Positions 35,301 through 41,811 of a stretch of 64,000 bases of DNA are shown piece by piece (position 1 is the stretch's first letter; each line of letters begins with the position of its first letter). The stretch is from Endomicrobiales bacterium. Its GTDB lineage: Bacteria; Elusimicrobiota; Endomicrobiia; Endomicrobiales; JALOBY01. The translations under genes and the position numbers were made by a program. The DNA lies in contig CAWCNJ010000006.1 in the NCBI GenBank assembly GCA_963796955.1, positions 1 to 64,000 on the forward strand, written 5' to 3'. The notes beneath the pieces were generated by a model. That model saw nothing but the letters and a program-made list of their open reading frames with translations. It was not told the origin of the DNA and searched no databases.

Positions 35301-38300
35301 CAATGTCTCCTACGGTAGAAGTCAAATTGCCGGTTTTAGGCGATATGTTCGTGCCGCCGGGTGAGTTACAACCTGTCACAATAGAGGCTGTGGGCGAAAC
35401 CACCGTGAACGGCGACCGCGTGGTGCGCAACCTGCGCTATAACGATGATTGGCATATGGTCGTTTTCAAATTCAAGAGCGGTAAATTTGTGCCGGAAGCT
35501 ATCCTTGAAGTTCCCGATAACGCCGGCAGGTATTCTCTTAACGGCACCAGGCTTGCCATGCAGGTGCCTTACCTGGAAAAGTGGAAGATAGGTATTTTTA
35601 ATGCGGTGAATGGCCGTTATGTGCAGGAGGCGGAACTCCCTGAAATAGGTATGAGCTTTATCACGCCGGACGGCTCAAGCGCCAAGATACAAAATTCCGA
35701 TGAGATCATTCTGAGCGGTGACCGCCTTGCCTGCAGGCTGTTGTATAACGGCAAATGGCATACGGTCGTATTTGAACAGGATGTGCCGGGCATCTGGACC
35801 GCGACAGCGGAACTGCGTGACGAAGGCGCCCCCGCGACAGACATCTATCCTCAGGCGGAGGCAGTTGAACTGCTGGCCTTCAACGGCGATCTTATGATAC
35901 GCAAGGTTACCGGCAAGATCGATTCCAAGCGGATGGTCCAATACATCGTATCCCGGCGCGATCCGAAAGGCGGGTGGCACGACGTTTCACTGCTCCCGGG
36001 CCCGAGAGCCGGCCTTAAGCTGGGTGGCGAGCTGAAGACAGTAGACTCAATAACAACAGATTTTGTGCCGATGGACGGCAACCGTTTCGCCGCGACCGTG
36101 CGCTACGATGATAGTTTTCATACGGTGGTTTTTGAGTTCGATTCGCACGGCCGCCATAGAGCGATCGCTGCCTTCCCTGACTTCGGCGCGCAAGCCGTTG
36201 TTTACGGCCGCGAATTGCCTGTGCCCGTCATGATAGAAGGTATTGCCGGCATGTTCTTCAGCGGCGACAACCTGGTACGGAGTATGAAGTATAAGAACCG
36301 CTACCACATGGCCTACAACATGCTTCCTGCGCCGGTCGAAGCCCCTTCAGCGGCGGCCAATCCCTCGTACAGGGTATTACTTAATAGCCTTGTCGCCATT
36401 TTCGGTCTGGGTTTATTAAATTCCGCCTGCCAGTTGGCCGGGCACCATACTGCGGTCATAGCTAGTCCTGTCATGCTAGTAATAATAATTTTGGTCCTGG
36501 AAGAGCTCAAGCATTCCAGACACAGAAGAGAAGCAGACAGGTTGGCGAATGAAACAATGGATGACGTTGCCAGAAGGATAAATACAAAACCCGGATTTGC
36601 GGAAGCGCCCGGCGAAGGCAATGGCAGCATAGAAGTTATCAATGGTAAGAAGAAAGTCGCCCCGACGCCGGAAGAGTTAAGCGCTATTGTTGACAAACTC
36701 TCAGGCGCCAAAAACAAAATACTCTTTAAAGGTATCGGCAACAAAGATGGATCAAAATTGCCTTCGCTCCGCCTGGACGGCACCGTGGACGCGATAATAC
36801 GGCAGCAGGGCGAACGGATCTGGAATTCGTTGTCGGATGGGGATGAAAGCACGGTCTGGGCTCACATGGATAGTTTGCATCGCCTCGCCAAAATAAAAGA
36901 AGCACGCGCGGGCCGCCAGGTGCAAGTCAGCGCCGATGACGCAAAAATAGCTTTGGGCAGGGGCTTTTGGAAACGCCTGGATTCCGATCCCTGGGAACAG
37001 GAGAGGCTGGTCGCCGTTCATGAGAACCCCGTGGTGCTGAGTCCAAAATTTGTCAGCTGGCATAAGGAAACGAACCCGGGTTACGAAGCGGAGCTTTATA
37101 AAGGCTGGGGAAGAATTAAAGAGATCGCGCAATTTGCCGAACGGTTCGCCGAGGCCGATTTTGAGGACGCCATTGCTGAGATCGCCGCCGAAATAGCCCA
37201 AAAAGTACTGCCGGAAGAATACCGGGCCGACCTCGAAAAAAGCTTTGTAAATAATATCATCCGGATAATTACTACAACAAAAGGAGAGGGAAAAATAACC
37301 GCCCTCCCCGCCCTGGCTACCATGGCCGCCCACGCCGCCCAAAACCGCGCCTGGCAACTAACCGGCCGCCCCGACCTGAGGCTGACGCTGGGTGAAAATG
37401 ATCAATATAATAGCAATCCAGAAGCCAAAGGTAACGCTGTTGGATCAGATACCGCAGAATCTCCGGTGACTGATGTTAATCATTTAAATACATCCCCTAC
37501 TTCCCGTGTCACTGTCGAGCTTTTCGATACCGGGTTGGATCAGCAGGAATTCTCACAGTTCTTTAATGAGGATCCTGCCGTAGCTACTATGTTTAAAACA
37601 CAATTTAATCTGGGCAGAGAAGATGTGGCGACGGTGAATGTACGCTCATATTCCACGGTCGGCCAGCAACGAGAGGTTTTCCTGGTAACGCTGGCCCCCA
37701 AGAAAGAGCCGGAGCGCCGCTATCAATTCATCATGAAGAGGTCGCGCCTGCCATACGCGGGCAATCAGTTCCTGATAGCGCATGAAACGCTTACGAAAGT
37801 CGTTAACCGCAAATTAGGAAACGACTTTGTGCACCTATTCGATGTGGGCGGTCATATAGTTACCACCGGTCCATTACAGCAGGGTATCGTATTTACAAAT
37901 TGCAAGGAAGACCGCAAGGCACAGGCCGCGGTGGTAAGGGAATCTGTCTCCATCTGGCACCAGCTCGGCGGATATTTCATCTACGATATTCATCATCATC
38001 AGTACCTGGTAGATTATGATCAAAACCATGATAACCCGCAGGCACATCTGGTGGACAAGGGCCATTTCAGGTTGCAGGAAGGCGTGGAGCTAAATTTCCA
38101 GAATATGGGCGGCGAGCTTGAGCCCCGCGCAGGTGACAAAGACCTGTCGGTACTGGGCGGCTGGCTGCAGCCGGTTTCAGAATACAACTTGCTTTTCAGT
38201 TTGCGGGACGGCTTGAATGCCACACCGCCAACAAAGCAGAAAACGAGCGCGTACGTCGATCCCGATATGGAAATGATGGCATTGTACCAACCGTTCGTCT

Positions 38301-41300
38301 TTAACGATCAGGCGCTGATACAGGGGATCGTGGAAGCATTGGGGAACGAAAAAGCTGTCGATTTCTTTAAGGCTGTATTAAAAGAAAATGACGTACGCCC
38401 CTCGCGCAACAAAACAGTTCAAGAACTTATGGGTGTCGTCGCACAAAAATACCCTGAGCTGTTCAAGAAGTTGAAGAAACCGGAGGTGTCCTCGATTAAT
38501 GCCAACAGCGAGGAGATGAGTGCGAGTCCTTCTGAAGGTTTGCCTAATACCGGCACAGTTTATCGCCTGTTGGAGGGCAAAGAACATAAGGAAATAGTGA
38601 ACGAACTGTCCAAAAACACTTTCTTTCACCGTGCGTACAATGTCCTTATTGGTGTCCGTAGCGATCTGGATGATCTGGGTAGAGATATGGCGGATGAAGA
38701 TACGGTATACATTGCTAAAAAATTCGAAATGATCTTTGCAAACTACAAAGATCCGGATTTCGTTGAAAAAAACAGCGAGGAACTGAGCAAATACCTTGGC
38801 CAGGTGCAGGGTACACTTAGAAAGGAAATGGGGATGAAAGACGCCTACGAAAAGGATCCAAGGGTTTTGGTGAACCTGTTGGCTCCGCTTTGCATGCATG
38901 AAACTCCGGTCATTGACCATGGTGATGTTGGTTTTATAGTGGCGCTCTCTGAGCGGTTTAACTTTATGCCAGACCAAGTGGCAGAGCAGGCTTCTCTGTT
39001 TGAAAGCAGGAAAGAAAATTCGTTTGCAAAATGTGTTCTTGCCCTCTTTGCGATCGCCCAGGCGCAAGCCGGCATGCGCGAGCCTGGCTCGGCGCGCAAG
39101 TTGATCGGTACTGAGCTCGGCGCCACAGCCATCCAGGCGCTGGATGCGAACCCCGCATTGCTGGCGGCGGAAGCTGTATCTCCGGTTAAAGCTGCCGAGA
39201 ATAGCCTGCCACTGGTGCTTAATGTGGTGAAGACTACAGCGCTGGCGGTGCAGAATGAAATTGATGTGCGTAATCCTGCGGCGCAGATACTGGGGCCGCT
39301 GGCGCAACAGGGGATGGTGTTGTTGGCGACGAAGGATACGATCGAAAAAATGCGGGGGCTTGCGGAGAAGCTGGCGGCTCTGGGTGTTCATGTTACGCTT
39401 ATTACCACGGCGGAAGCGGGCGCTGGTATGGCGCGGGCTGGCTGGCAGGCGGGGGCGGCGCAGCCGTTGTTTGCCGGCGGGCGGTTGACGGCGGGGGTGA
39501 ATACGATATATAAGGGAATTAAATTTTCGCGCACTGAGTACCACAAAGATGGCTCTGCGCCACTGGCGATAATGACGGTTGCCTCGCTGGACCAAAGGCC
39601 GTTGGTATTTGAGGGCGAGGGTGAAGATAGCGACAAAGCCCTGGCTGAAAGAGCGGCTGCTGATGCCGAACTGCTTACGCTTGCAGCCAAAGCGGTTGCC
39701 GACGAAACCGTTGAGGGTGGTGTGCTGGAACGTCCGTTCGGCAATAGAAAGATGTGGGGCCTGGTAGCCGATGGAACGCCTGCTCTTGAAAGTTCTATTG
39801 ATGCCGTTAGTCATTCACTAATGGCTAACTATCAGATAGATAATTGGCGTGATGGCGATGAAGTAAAGAGACTTCTTGAACAGATGGTCCTTGGCTTCAA
39901 ATCTCAAAAGAAGCTTCTAGAGGAATTTCCTCTTGTTAGCTATGAACGACAATCCCGCCAGGTGTTTATGAGTTCGTCCGTTCGGGTTTGCACGGCAAGT
40001 TTGCCCGGCAAGAACCGCACCGGGCGTAATGCGGATAAAGTTGAGTTCGCCAGATGGGCCGCAGGCAAAGGCGCGAATATGCTGTTGTGCAACGACCGCC
40101 TGCCGGGTAGCGAAGACCCGTTCTCCGTAGACGTATTAACCGTTGATCTTGATCGTTTGGTAGACCGTCTGTTTAATGAAGGTGTAATAAGCCGTGATAA
40201 ACGCAGCGATCTGCTGCAAGACCTTAACCCGCTTAGCACTGATGTGACGGACCGGATAAACCTGGCCGACCAAAAGATACTGCGCAAGTGCATGAACACC
40301 GTTGCAGGCGAATTGGCTGTTCTCTGTCGTGAGAAGGGTATAAAGGTGGGAGCTGCCGTGCAGGCAGACGGAGAAAAATTGATCCTGGCGCTCAGCCGCC
40401 AGCAAACACGACAGGCGGCAGCCGCGATGCTGACACCTCATATCGAACTTTCCGGCGTTATATATGGCCAGGATCTCGGCGTTATCGCTAAAGGGCACGT
40501 GCCGGAGCTGATAGAACTGCTTAAAGAAGTTCCTGCCGTAAGCTTTAATTCAAGCGCCTTGAGCTCTGAAGAAGCAGCGGAATTGTTTTCCGCAATCGCC
40601 GATGCCAGGGCCATCGCTATCCGGGCAGGCGACCGCGGCCTGAAAGAAAAAATTATCATTACCGAAACCTCTCCCCAGAATGCTCTGATCGCCGCCCGCT
40701 TCGGCATACGGGCGCACGTTAATGCAGCTAAGGCAGGCGGCGCCGACAACCTTATCTCACAGGCCAATGCCGCCATAATAGTTGATAACGAAGATGATGC
40801 CAGGATGGTCGTTAAAAAAGGTTTCTCGCAGTTGGTAGCAGCCTTCAAAGGTTTTAACGATGATGACGGCAGCCTTAACCGCCTGTCTGACGCGACCAAT
40901 AAAAATGAGCAGGGTTTGCTGGCCATCCTGAAGGCGGCAATGCCGGGATCCCACAGAGAAATTGTGACGCCTGAAGGTAGGTTTAACGCCGGTATAAACG
41001 AAGGTAATGCATATGGAAACCATATGTTCGGTTACAAGGAAGGCGCTGCCTTGTGCCTTGGCCTGCCGGGTTTTGCAGAGGCAATAAAACATCTTAAGGG
41101 TGTTCTTGCCAACGCTAATTCAACCAGGGAAGACGTTGATAAAGCGCTTGATGCGCTTGAAACCATTATGGCCAGCGCTCTAACAGACGAGGAATCGGAC
41201 AACAAGAGCGATAAGCGCCGGATGCTGAGCAGATTATACGCAGGCATCAAGGCAAGCCGCGCAGTTGCCGCCAACGATGATCATCGCCTGCTTGGTTTCC

Positions 41301-41734
41301 AGGTGTATGGTGTCCTTACCTCATTTGTCGGCATTGCGATGCTGGTTGGTCTTGATGAAGGCATTGTGAAAAGTGATATTGATTCCACTGGTCTTATACC
41401 GATAACTCATTTGATGACAGAAGTTTATATCAATGGCCTTACGCCGGAAAAACTGAAAACTGATGTCGCAGCGGTCTCCCCCCGGGCACAAGGTTTGCGC
41501 GCTTTACTGGATAGCACCGCCAATGCCGCCACCGTCACCGCAAGCATTTCATATCAATTCGAACGCCCAACAATAACCATCGGCGATGACCCGCCGCGCG
41601 ATTACCTTACCCTAGCCGCCCGCGCCATGCTGGTTCTGCTTAAAGACAGCGACAGAACCGACCCCAAAGAAGTGCTCGGCTCGGCCACACAGGCCGACGT
41701 TGATCTCTTCGCCGAAGTCCTGCGCGCCGGATAA
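26381..41734 (+). CDS. Giant multidomain protein 3 (5117 aa)
   Basis: Uninterrupted ORF. The first ~560 aa are closely paralogous to giant 2 (e.g. FTGITDPAIKEKTLESLLGEGLLSGA is identical). Confidence 0.95.
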   Translation: MFNNNSFIRLIARVVLAAFVYSFVAFEPLYGIATMDASAATVRAAVNEQLDTLVLSARMGHISDGCYVSPESGARSPERTTGGNSQLLRSSVSGLRTKNDRLIIFIQDLHCNAEVQKNINDILAFFDTKYGLQKIFVEGAPAGKTDLSLFTGITDPAIKEKTLESLLGEGLLSGAAYYGAKNNKENLYGLEQWDLYKENAARMSSLLSGKAASSMVYSRLTAMLEETKGLRCSTTFKIAEHKIKKDEKSADKYALLAKLADKNNISLLQYPNLKRQIAASGLSRHIKFKKLPADLQTFLKAMQAKLPYGVYKTLAEKLSDNARDGEFYLNLRQAASAYAPELLAGAARGSSLPNVENFLEYVRLNYSVNPHCLVNEENQFKQELLESSAQTLIDRNVLFMQSMTEKFKGFVNLGMTPADYTFFKAHVEEYTVTLLKYYGEQKTAAARALLENKELYAYYDVNLQRNDVFAKELLSVPSVKSVSSVKIINEYTEVIKHLSEFTEIDAVVTGGFHTETAKALSEHGISCITITPSVTRQTTGDLYERFMAGALSPQDLGISALAGRITVPDFVAGLGRAAIEQPGITLTAFIELLQKAADTFPGRVRVSHDGNNVTVTMLTDNNVRQSVTFTYKADGKFTTNAAEWAKSAATPGAFSLMKQSTEDYALENPFLLWLSQRFWGAGFAAVYVYASLRYAPLLEAVEFLHALMDPQAGRRFLEEHKGSNWFRIKSFLALSFILSPVFDAYTVTRSALGIDGKKAHLDSASLDPTTVLAAAVIITILVPVHFAYNFLVAFPNFFLKWFTGKGIAFTTDNGGVAAKENGALPAVLSGRLSGNDLASAGASLAALNAATRQKLLKRFGYIGPKDVHGVRRWLKDTAWLAARENIQAIDTDKMLSDLGNSGFVTAEQARQVGVLAENAAMRADIEKQLKAGKAVVAYGVEIRFDPVSQQFMFRSDRSLLRQFSQTPLQARAPPKVVVNVLVWNGFEETKQLLRSLAKVNTPNVEVVLLDNGSTDKQKIREFMDKEFSLDPPFTLTLLQSPVNLGFDEGHNVLVDYALDTARADNVIMLNSDIIVEENFYDGMLHPFEDGFSIDGKTANPGVVGPLVLNEAARKKHEKGEPIRPEEIITAGFDYDGAGRPATVQSSWSARRTDEVWGMAMAFPQLALREAGAWDPRFFAYGEEADLAQRLREANYDIIVTKDTKVWHGERSREGSLTSLLAIENGIKNSLLNYRKHPAPEEFVSRNAEAFGYFLKEGAKGFVKAEGLRKKLSYFAASVRGLAAGIAGKFSNAQADEISVIQNAVAPARVPAAADAAALAGNGVLTLPKAFDKEGVEVQKGTVQELIEEQGSWATRENWWDSLPAFTQARMIAMHERGEVFRYDDKGKIFVARHYPATDLDRTELQKGVDAMAQAMEVASVWAGCGASETVLLEVIARHIAEAASKKSSREAVKEYAASLPRRDANGTVIPHEKYLELVNTYAAEQKEKYRLLETDKVLTVDEIAQLIHDVRLDFRIKLRMPYPGWAEIAKVSMQAAWDLTHGVNAQLTLKKTLKKNATAGNKGLTYFLADKRAQQKLFDELLIQLGEAEKTLDVERALAIHDRLLAIPPQVLTLEQTELMVKKIIPEGFRLIRTGLISESSRAEAAGAGSAAPQGTIGLTKKIIVPNVSNEKKIPTKERAALFSQQRIQANIKLLQRQYRAALRKRNKVEAAIVLQKILDAGDKEAVAGLPSIAVDSDEAWDALALAELKAKGLIKEAGLKTYSVVKNWPTGTAFEPSAVLASSLVKEKVVISNDDALPTEERLSLDMGKREALYFSLLIYMKYMGIRRTDGSDNDRGFGNYLNRLAKAASEEQKINQPSEEAYKTAQVKFFIKHGVLVKTSRIGNDYRLVTNWYPQLDERARKLSPYLLDTDEAVKQAGYTYYGSKDPESANQQLTFPETEEQVQKDRGISPQDWKNKTPPLERNRLVSVHELPDFAAVVTEEDKIALVNRHKRPEVAGKLLRGVNLVMHCADAAVQIAEPLSLNDAIIAISMNVVENIRDSKPKWGVRLSRHMLQDALWKTIRENPERTFTPRELGILAAHIAWNMTHPDAKLTLQGENPGPDSPRTIQAIEALREQYLTAYNNEYFIEAEFLMVKILEKIQALKDRETYLRGLVPLPSVEAEVSTTKGWGEAAVKEFTAKGILVPTGNDEYSVVVDWPKGEVVLKGQGKTQALHRAAVAYTHEMTRLGLCGLGEDGYLKVPKGLKEFLEWLQAVQADGKTGGSRGGPANTQLNLPRVEDKTTGEIIQVGTEQELIDKLGRETVFAADDREILRMGAVHEHESSYEEDFLDRHYVTDPKIRALLKNGISLMNRSEMAARDIVNFNPLFAIDYEHISKLAIHLAKLINKDVPTNEIKVSVDDLYHAMKTTFFEDPWFNPDGSQADIFAALARIGTHIGFNLQNRLNGRAHVKLTLPKTDKVAEAANALEDAFVPLADVLAIDSNVDAHPADFSLLVGNPDMQSYIVFAQKWLERAKKGHRSRILISGGRGSGTLPLIASARRYLPPKILAKVEQMLTAAETDEGVKEADITYQVLVAMGLPEEKEFMRLERESLTTGEVLKNSKNILVDWAAESKISDPSIGIVCTGAREARAWATAHAEWADLINSRGWRILADPSKTVTKDSLHQLTPQELAMVCKDIVGIPEAAAKQLTLNITSEVDGLNPANNDNLEKIRTLADGGRDNWKRVFEKTQSVRTEAAPLLATARQALNTLMTALGDRVTYAQDPNNKTTCTITITDENAGSQLTIPEAAGRPGTIGEIKAEEVESRKEEQGFDVEKWWTGLGENEQKRLIGEHEKAYFDWVHAQKGNEDDYKIAREALVDLHNPTEKARPVLREGIDFVTDSMDEVKRVTVNILKFDIDTVALNIYRRLQATNPDPKAKLELKEIADLMRKSYAEAAKKGIQLSIKDLANIAAHAAWNLTHFDAQLTFGPSMSPTVEVKLPVLGDMFVPPGELQPVTIEAVGETTVNGDRVVRNLRYNDDWHMVVFKFKSGKFVPEAILEVPDNAGRYSLNGTRLAMQVPYLEKWKIGIFNAVNGRYVQEAELPEIGMSFITPDGSSAKIQNSDEIILSGDRLACRLLYNGKWHTVVFEQDVPGIWTATAELRDEGAPATDIYPQAEAVELLAFNGDLMIRKVTGKIDSKRMVQYIVSRRDPKGGWHDVSLLPGPRAGLKLGGELKTVDSITTDFVPMDGNRFAATVRYDDSFHTVVFEFDSHGRHRAIAAFPDFGAQAVVYGRELPVPVMIEGIAGMFFSGDNLVRSMKYKNRYHMAYNMLPAPVEAPSAAANPSYRVLLNSLVAIFGLGLLNSACQLAGHHTAVIASPVMLVIIILVLEELKHSRHRREADRLANETMDDVARRINTKPGFAEAPGEGNGSIEVINGKKKVAPTPEELSAIVDKLSGAKNKILFKGIGNKDGSKLPSLRLDGTVDAIIRQQGERIWNSLSDGDESTVWAHMDSLHRLAKIKEARAGRQVQVSADDAKIALGRGFWKRLDSDPWEQERLVAVHENPVVLSPKFVSWHKETNPGYEAELYKGWGRIKEIAQFAERFAEADFEDAIAEIAAEIAQKVLPEEYRADLEKSFVNNIIRIITTTKGEGKITALPALATMAAHAAQNRAWQLTGRPDLRLTLGENDQYNSNPEAKGNAVGSDTAESPVTDVNHLNTSPTSRVTVELFDTGLDQQEFSQFFNEDPAVATMFKTQFNLGREDVATVNVRSYSTVGQQREVFLVTLAPKKEPERRYQFIMKRSRLPYAGNQFLIAHETLTKVVNRKLGNDFVHLFDVGGHIVTTGPLQQGIVFTNCKEDRKAQAAVVRESVSIWHQLGGYFIYDIHHHQYLVDYDQNHDNPQAHLVDKGHFRLQEGVELNFQNMGGELEPRAGDKDLSVLGGWLQPVSEYNLLFSLRDGLNATPPTKQKTSAYVDPDMEMMALYQPFVFNDQALIQGIVEALGNEKAVDFFKAVLKENDVRPSRNKTVQELMGVVAQKYPELFKKLKKPEVSSINANSEEMSASPSEGLPNTGTVYRLLEGKEHKEIVNELSKNTFFHRAYNVLIGVRSDLDDLGRDMADEDTVYIAKKFEMIFANYKDPDFVEKNSEELSKYLGQVQGTLRKEMGMKDAYEKDPRVLVNLLAPLCMHETPVIDHGDVGFIVALSERFNFMPDQVAEQASLFESRKENSFAKCVLALFAIAQAQAGMREPGSARKLIGTELGATAIQALDANPALLAAEAVSPVKAAENSLPLVLNVVKTTALAVQNEIDVRNPAAQILGPLAQQGMVLLATKDTIEKMRGLAEKLAALGVHVTLITTAEAGAGMARAGWQAGAAQPLFAGGRLTAGVNTIYKGIKFSRTEYHKDGSAPLAIMTVASLDQRPLVFEGEGEDSDKALAERAAADAELLTLAAKAVADETVEGGVLERPFGNRKMWGLVADGTPALESSIDAVSHSLMANYQIDNWRDGDEVKRLLEQMVLGFKSQKKLLEEFPLVSYERQSRQVFMSSSVRVCTASLPGKNRTGRNADKVEFARWAAGKGANMLLCNDRLPGSEDPFSVDVLTVDLDRLVDRLFNEGVISRDKRSDLLQDLNPLSTDVTDRINLADQKILRKCMNTVAGELAVLCREKGIKVGAAVQADGEKLILALSRQQTRQAAAAMLTPHIELSGVIYGQDLGVIAKGHVPELIELLKEVPAVSFNSSALSSEEAAELFSAIADARAIAIRAGDRGLKEKIIITETSPQNALIAARFGIRAHVNAAKAGGADNLISQANAAIIVDNEDDARMVVKKGFSQLVAAFKGFNDDDGSLNRLSDATNKNEQGLLAILKAAMPGSHREIVTPEGRFNAGINEGNAYGNHMFGYKEGAALCLGLPGFAEAIKHLKGVLANANSTREDVDKALDALETIMASALTDEESDNKSDKRRMLSRLYAGIKASRAVAANDDHRLLGFQVYGVLTSFVGIAMLVGLDEGIVKSDIDSTGLIPITHLMTEVYINGLTPEKLKTDVAAVSPRAQGLRALLDSTANAATVTASISYQFERPTITIGDDPPRDYLTLAARAMLVLLKDSDRTDPKEVLGSATQADVDLFAEVLRAG
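26585..26671. repeat. In-frame inverted heptamer array (4x AGYCCGG, 31-nt spacer, 4x CCGGWCT-like)
   Basis: AGCCCGG AGTCCGG AGCCCGG AGTCCGG ... CCGGTCT TCGGTCT CCGGACT CCGGACT. Confidence 0.85.
27802..27837. repeat. In-frame tandem nonamer array x4
   Basis: GTCCGTCCC GTCCGTAAA GTCTGTTTC GTCCGTAAA (encodes SVPSVKSVSSVK). Confidence 0.75.
29300..30240 (+). other. GT2 family glycosyltransferase domain (WbbL-like) within giant 3
   Basis: VLVWNG, VLLDNGS, NLGFDEGHN, MLNSD, WDPRFFAYGEEADLAQRL, VWH. Confidence 0.9.
33845..34350 (+). other. YdcF/DUF218 (SanA/ElyC-like) domain within giant 3
   Basis: ADFSLLVG, ILISGGRG, EAD...MGLP, LERESLTTGE. Confidence 0.75.
37630..38080 (+). other. Protein-kinase-like fold domain within giant 3
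   Basis: VGQQREVF (Gly-loop-like), FIMK, YDIHHHQYLV (catalytic-loop-like), LVDKG (DFG-like). Confidence 0.5.
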
Positions 41735-41811
41735 TAAGACCGGGATGGGAAATAGAGGGACTAGGGGACGTTGTTAACTTAGGGTGTTATCGGATCGTCG
41801 TGCAGAGGAAG

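Noticed and set aside
387..41274. Numerous minus-strand and alternate-frame ORFs (up to 478 aa, e.g. 38378-39814, 24834-25802) overlapping the giant genes
   Set aside because: These are shadow ORFs of long coding frames with no recognisable motifs.
1..41734. DGR, intein, RTX/Rhs or prophage explanation for the giant genes
   Set aside because: No reverse transcriptase, TR/VR pair, Hint-domain termini, GGxGxD or YD repeats, integrase or phage genes were seen.
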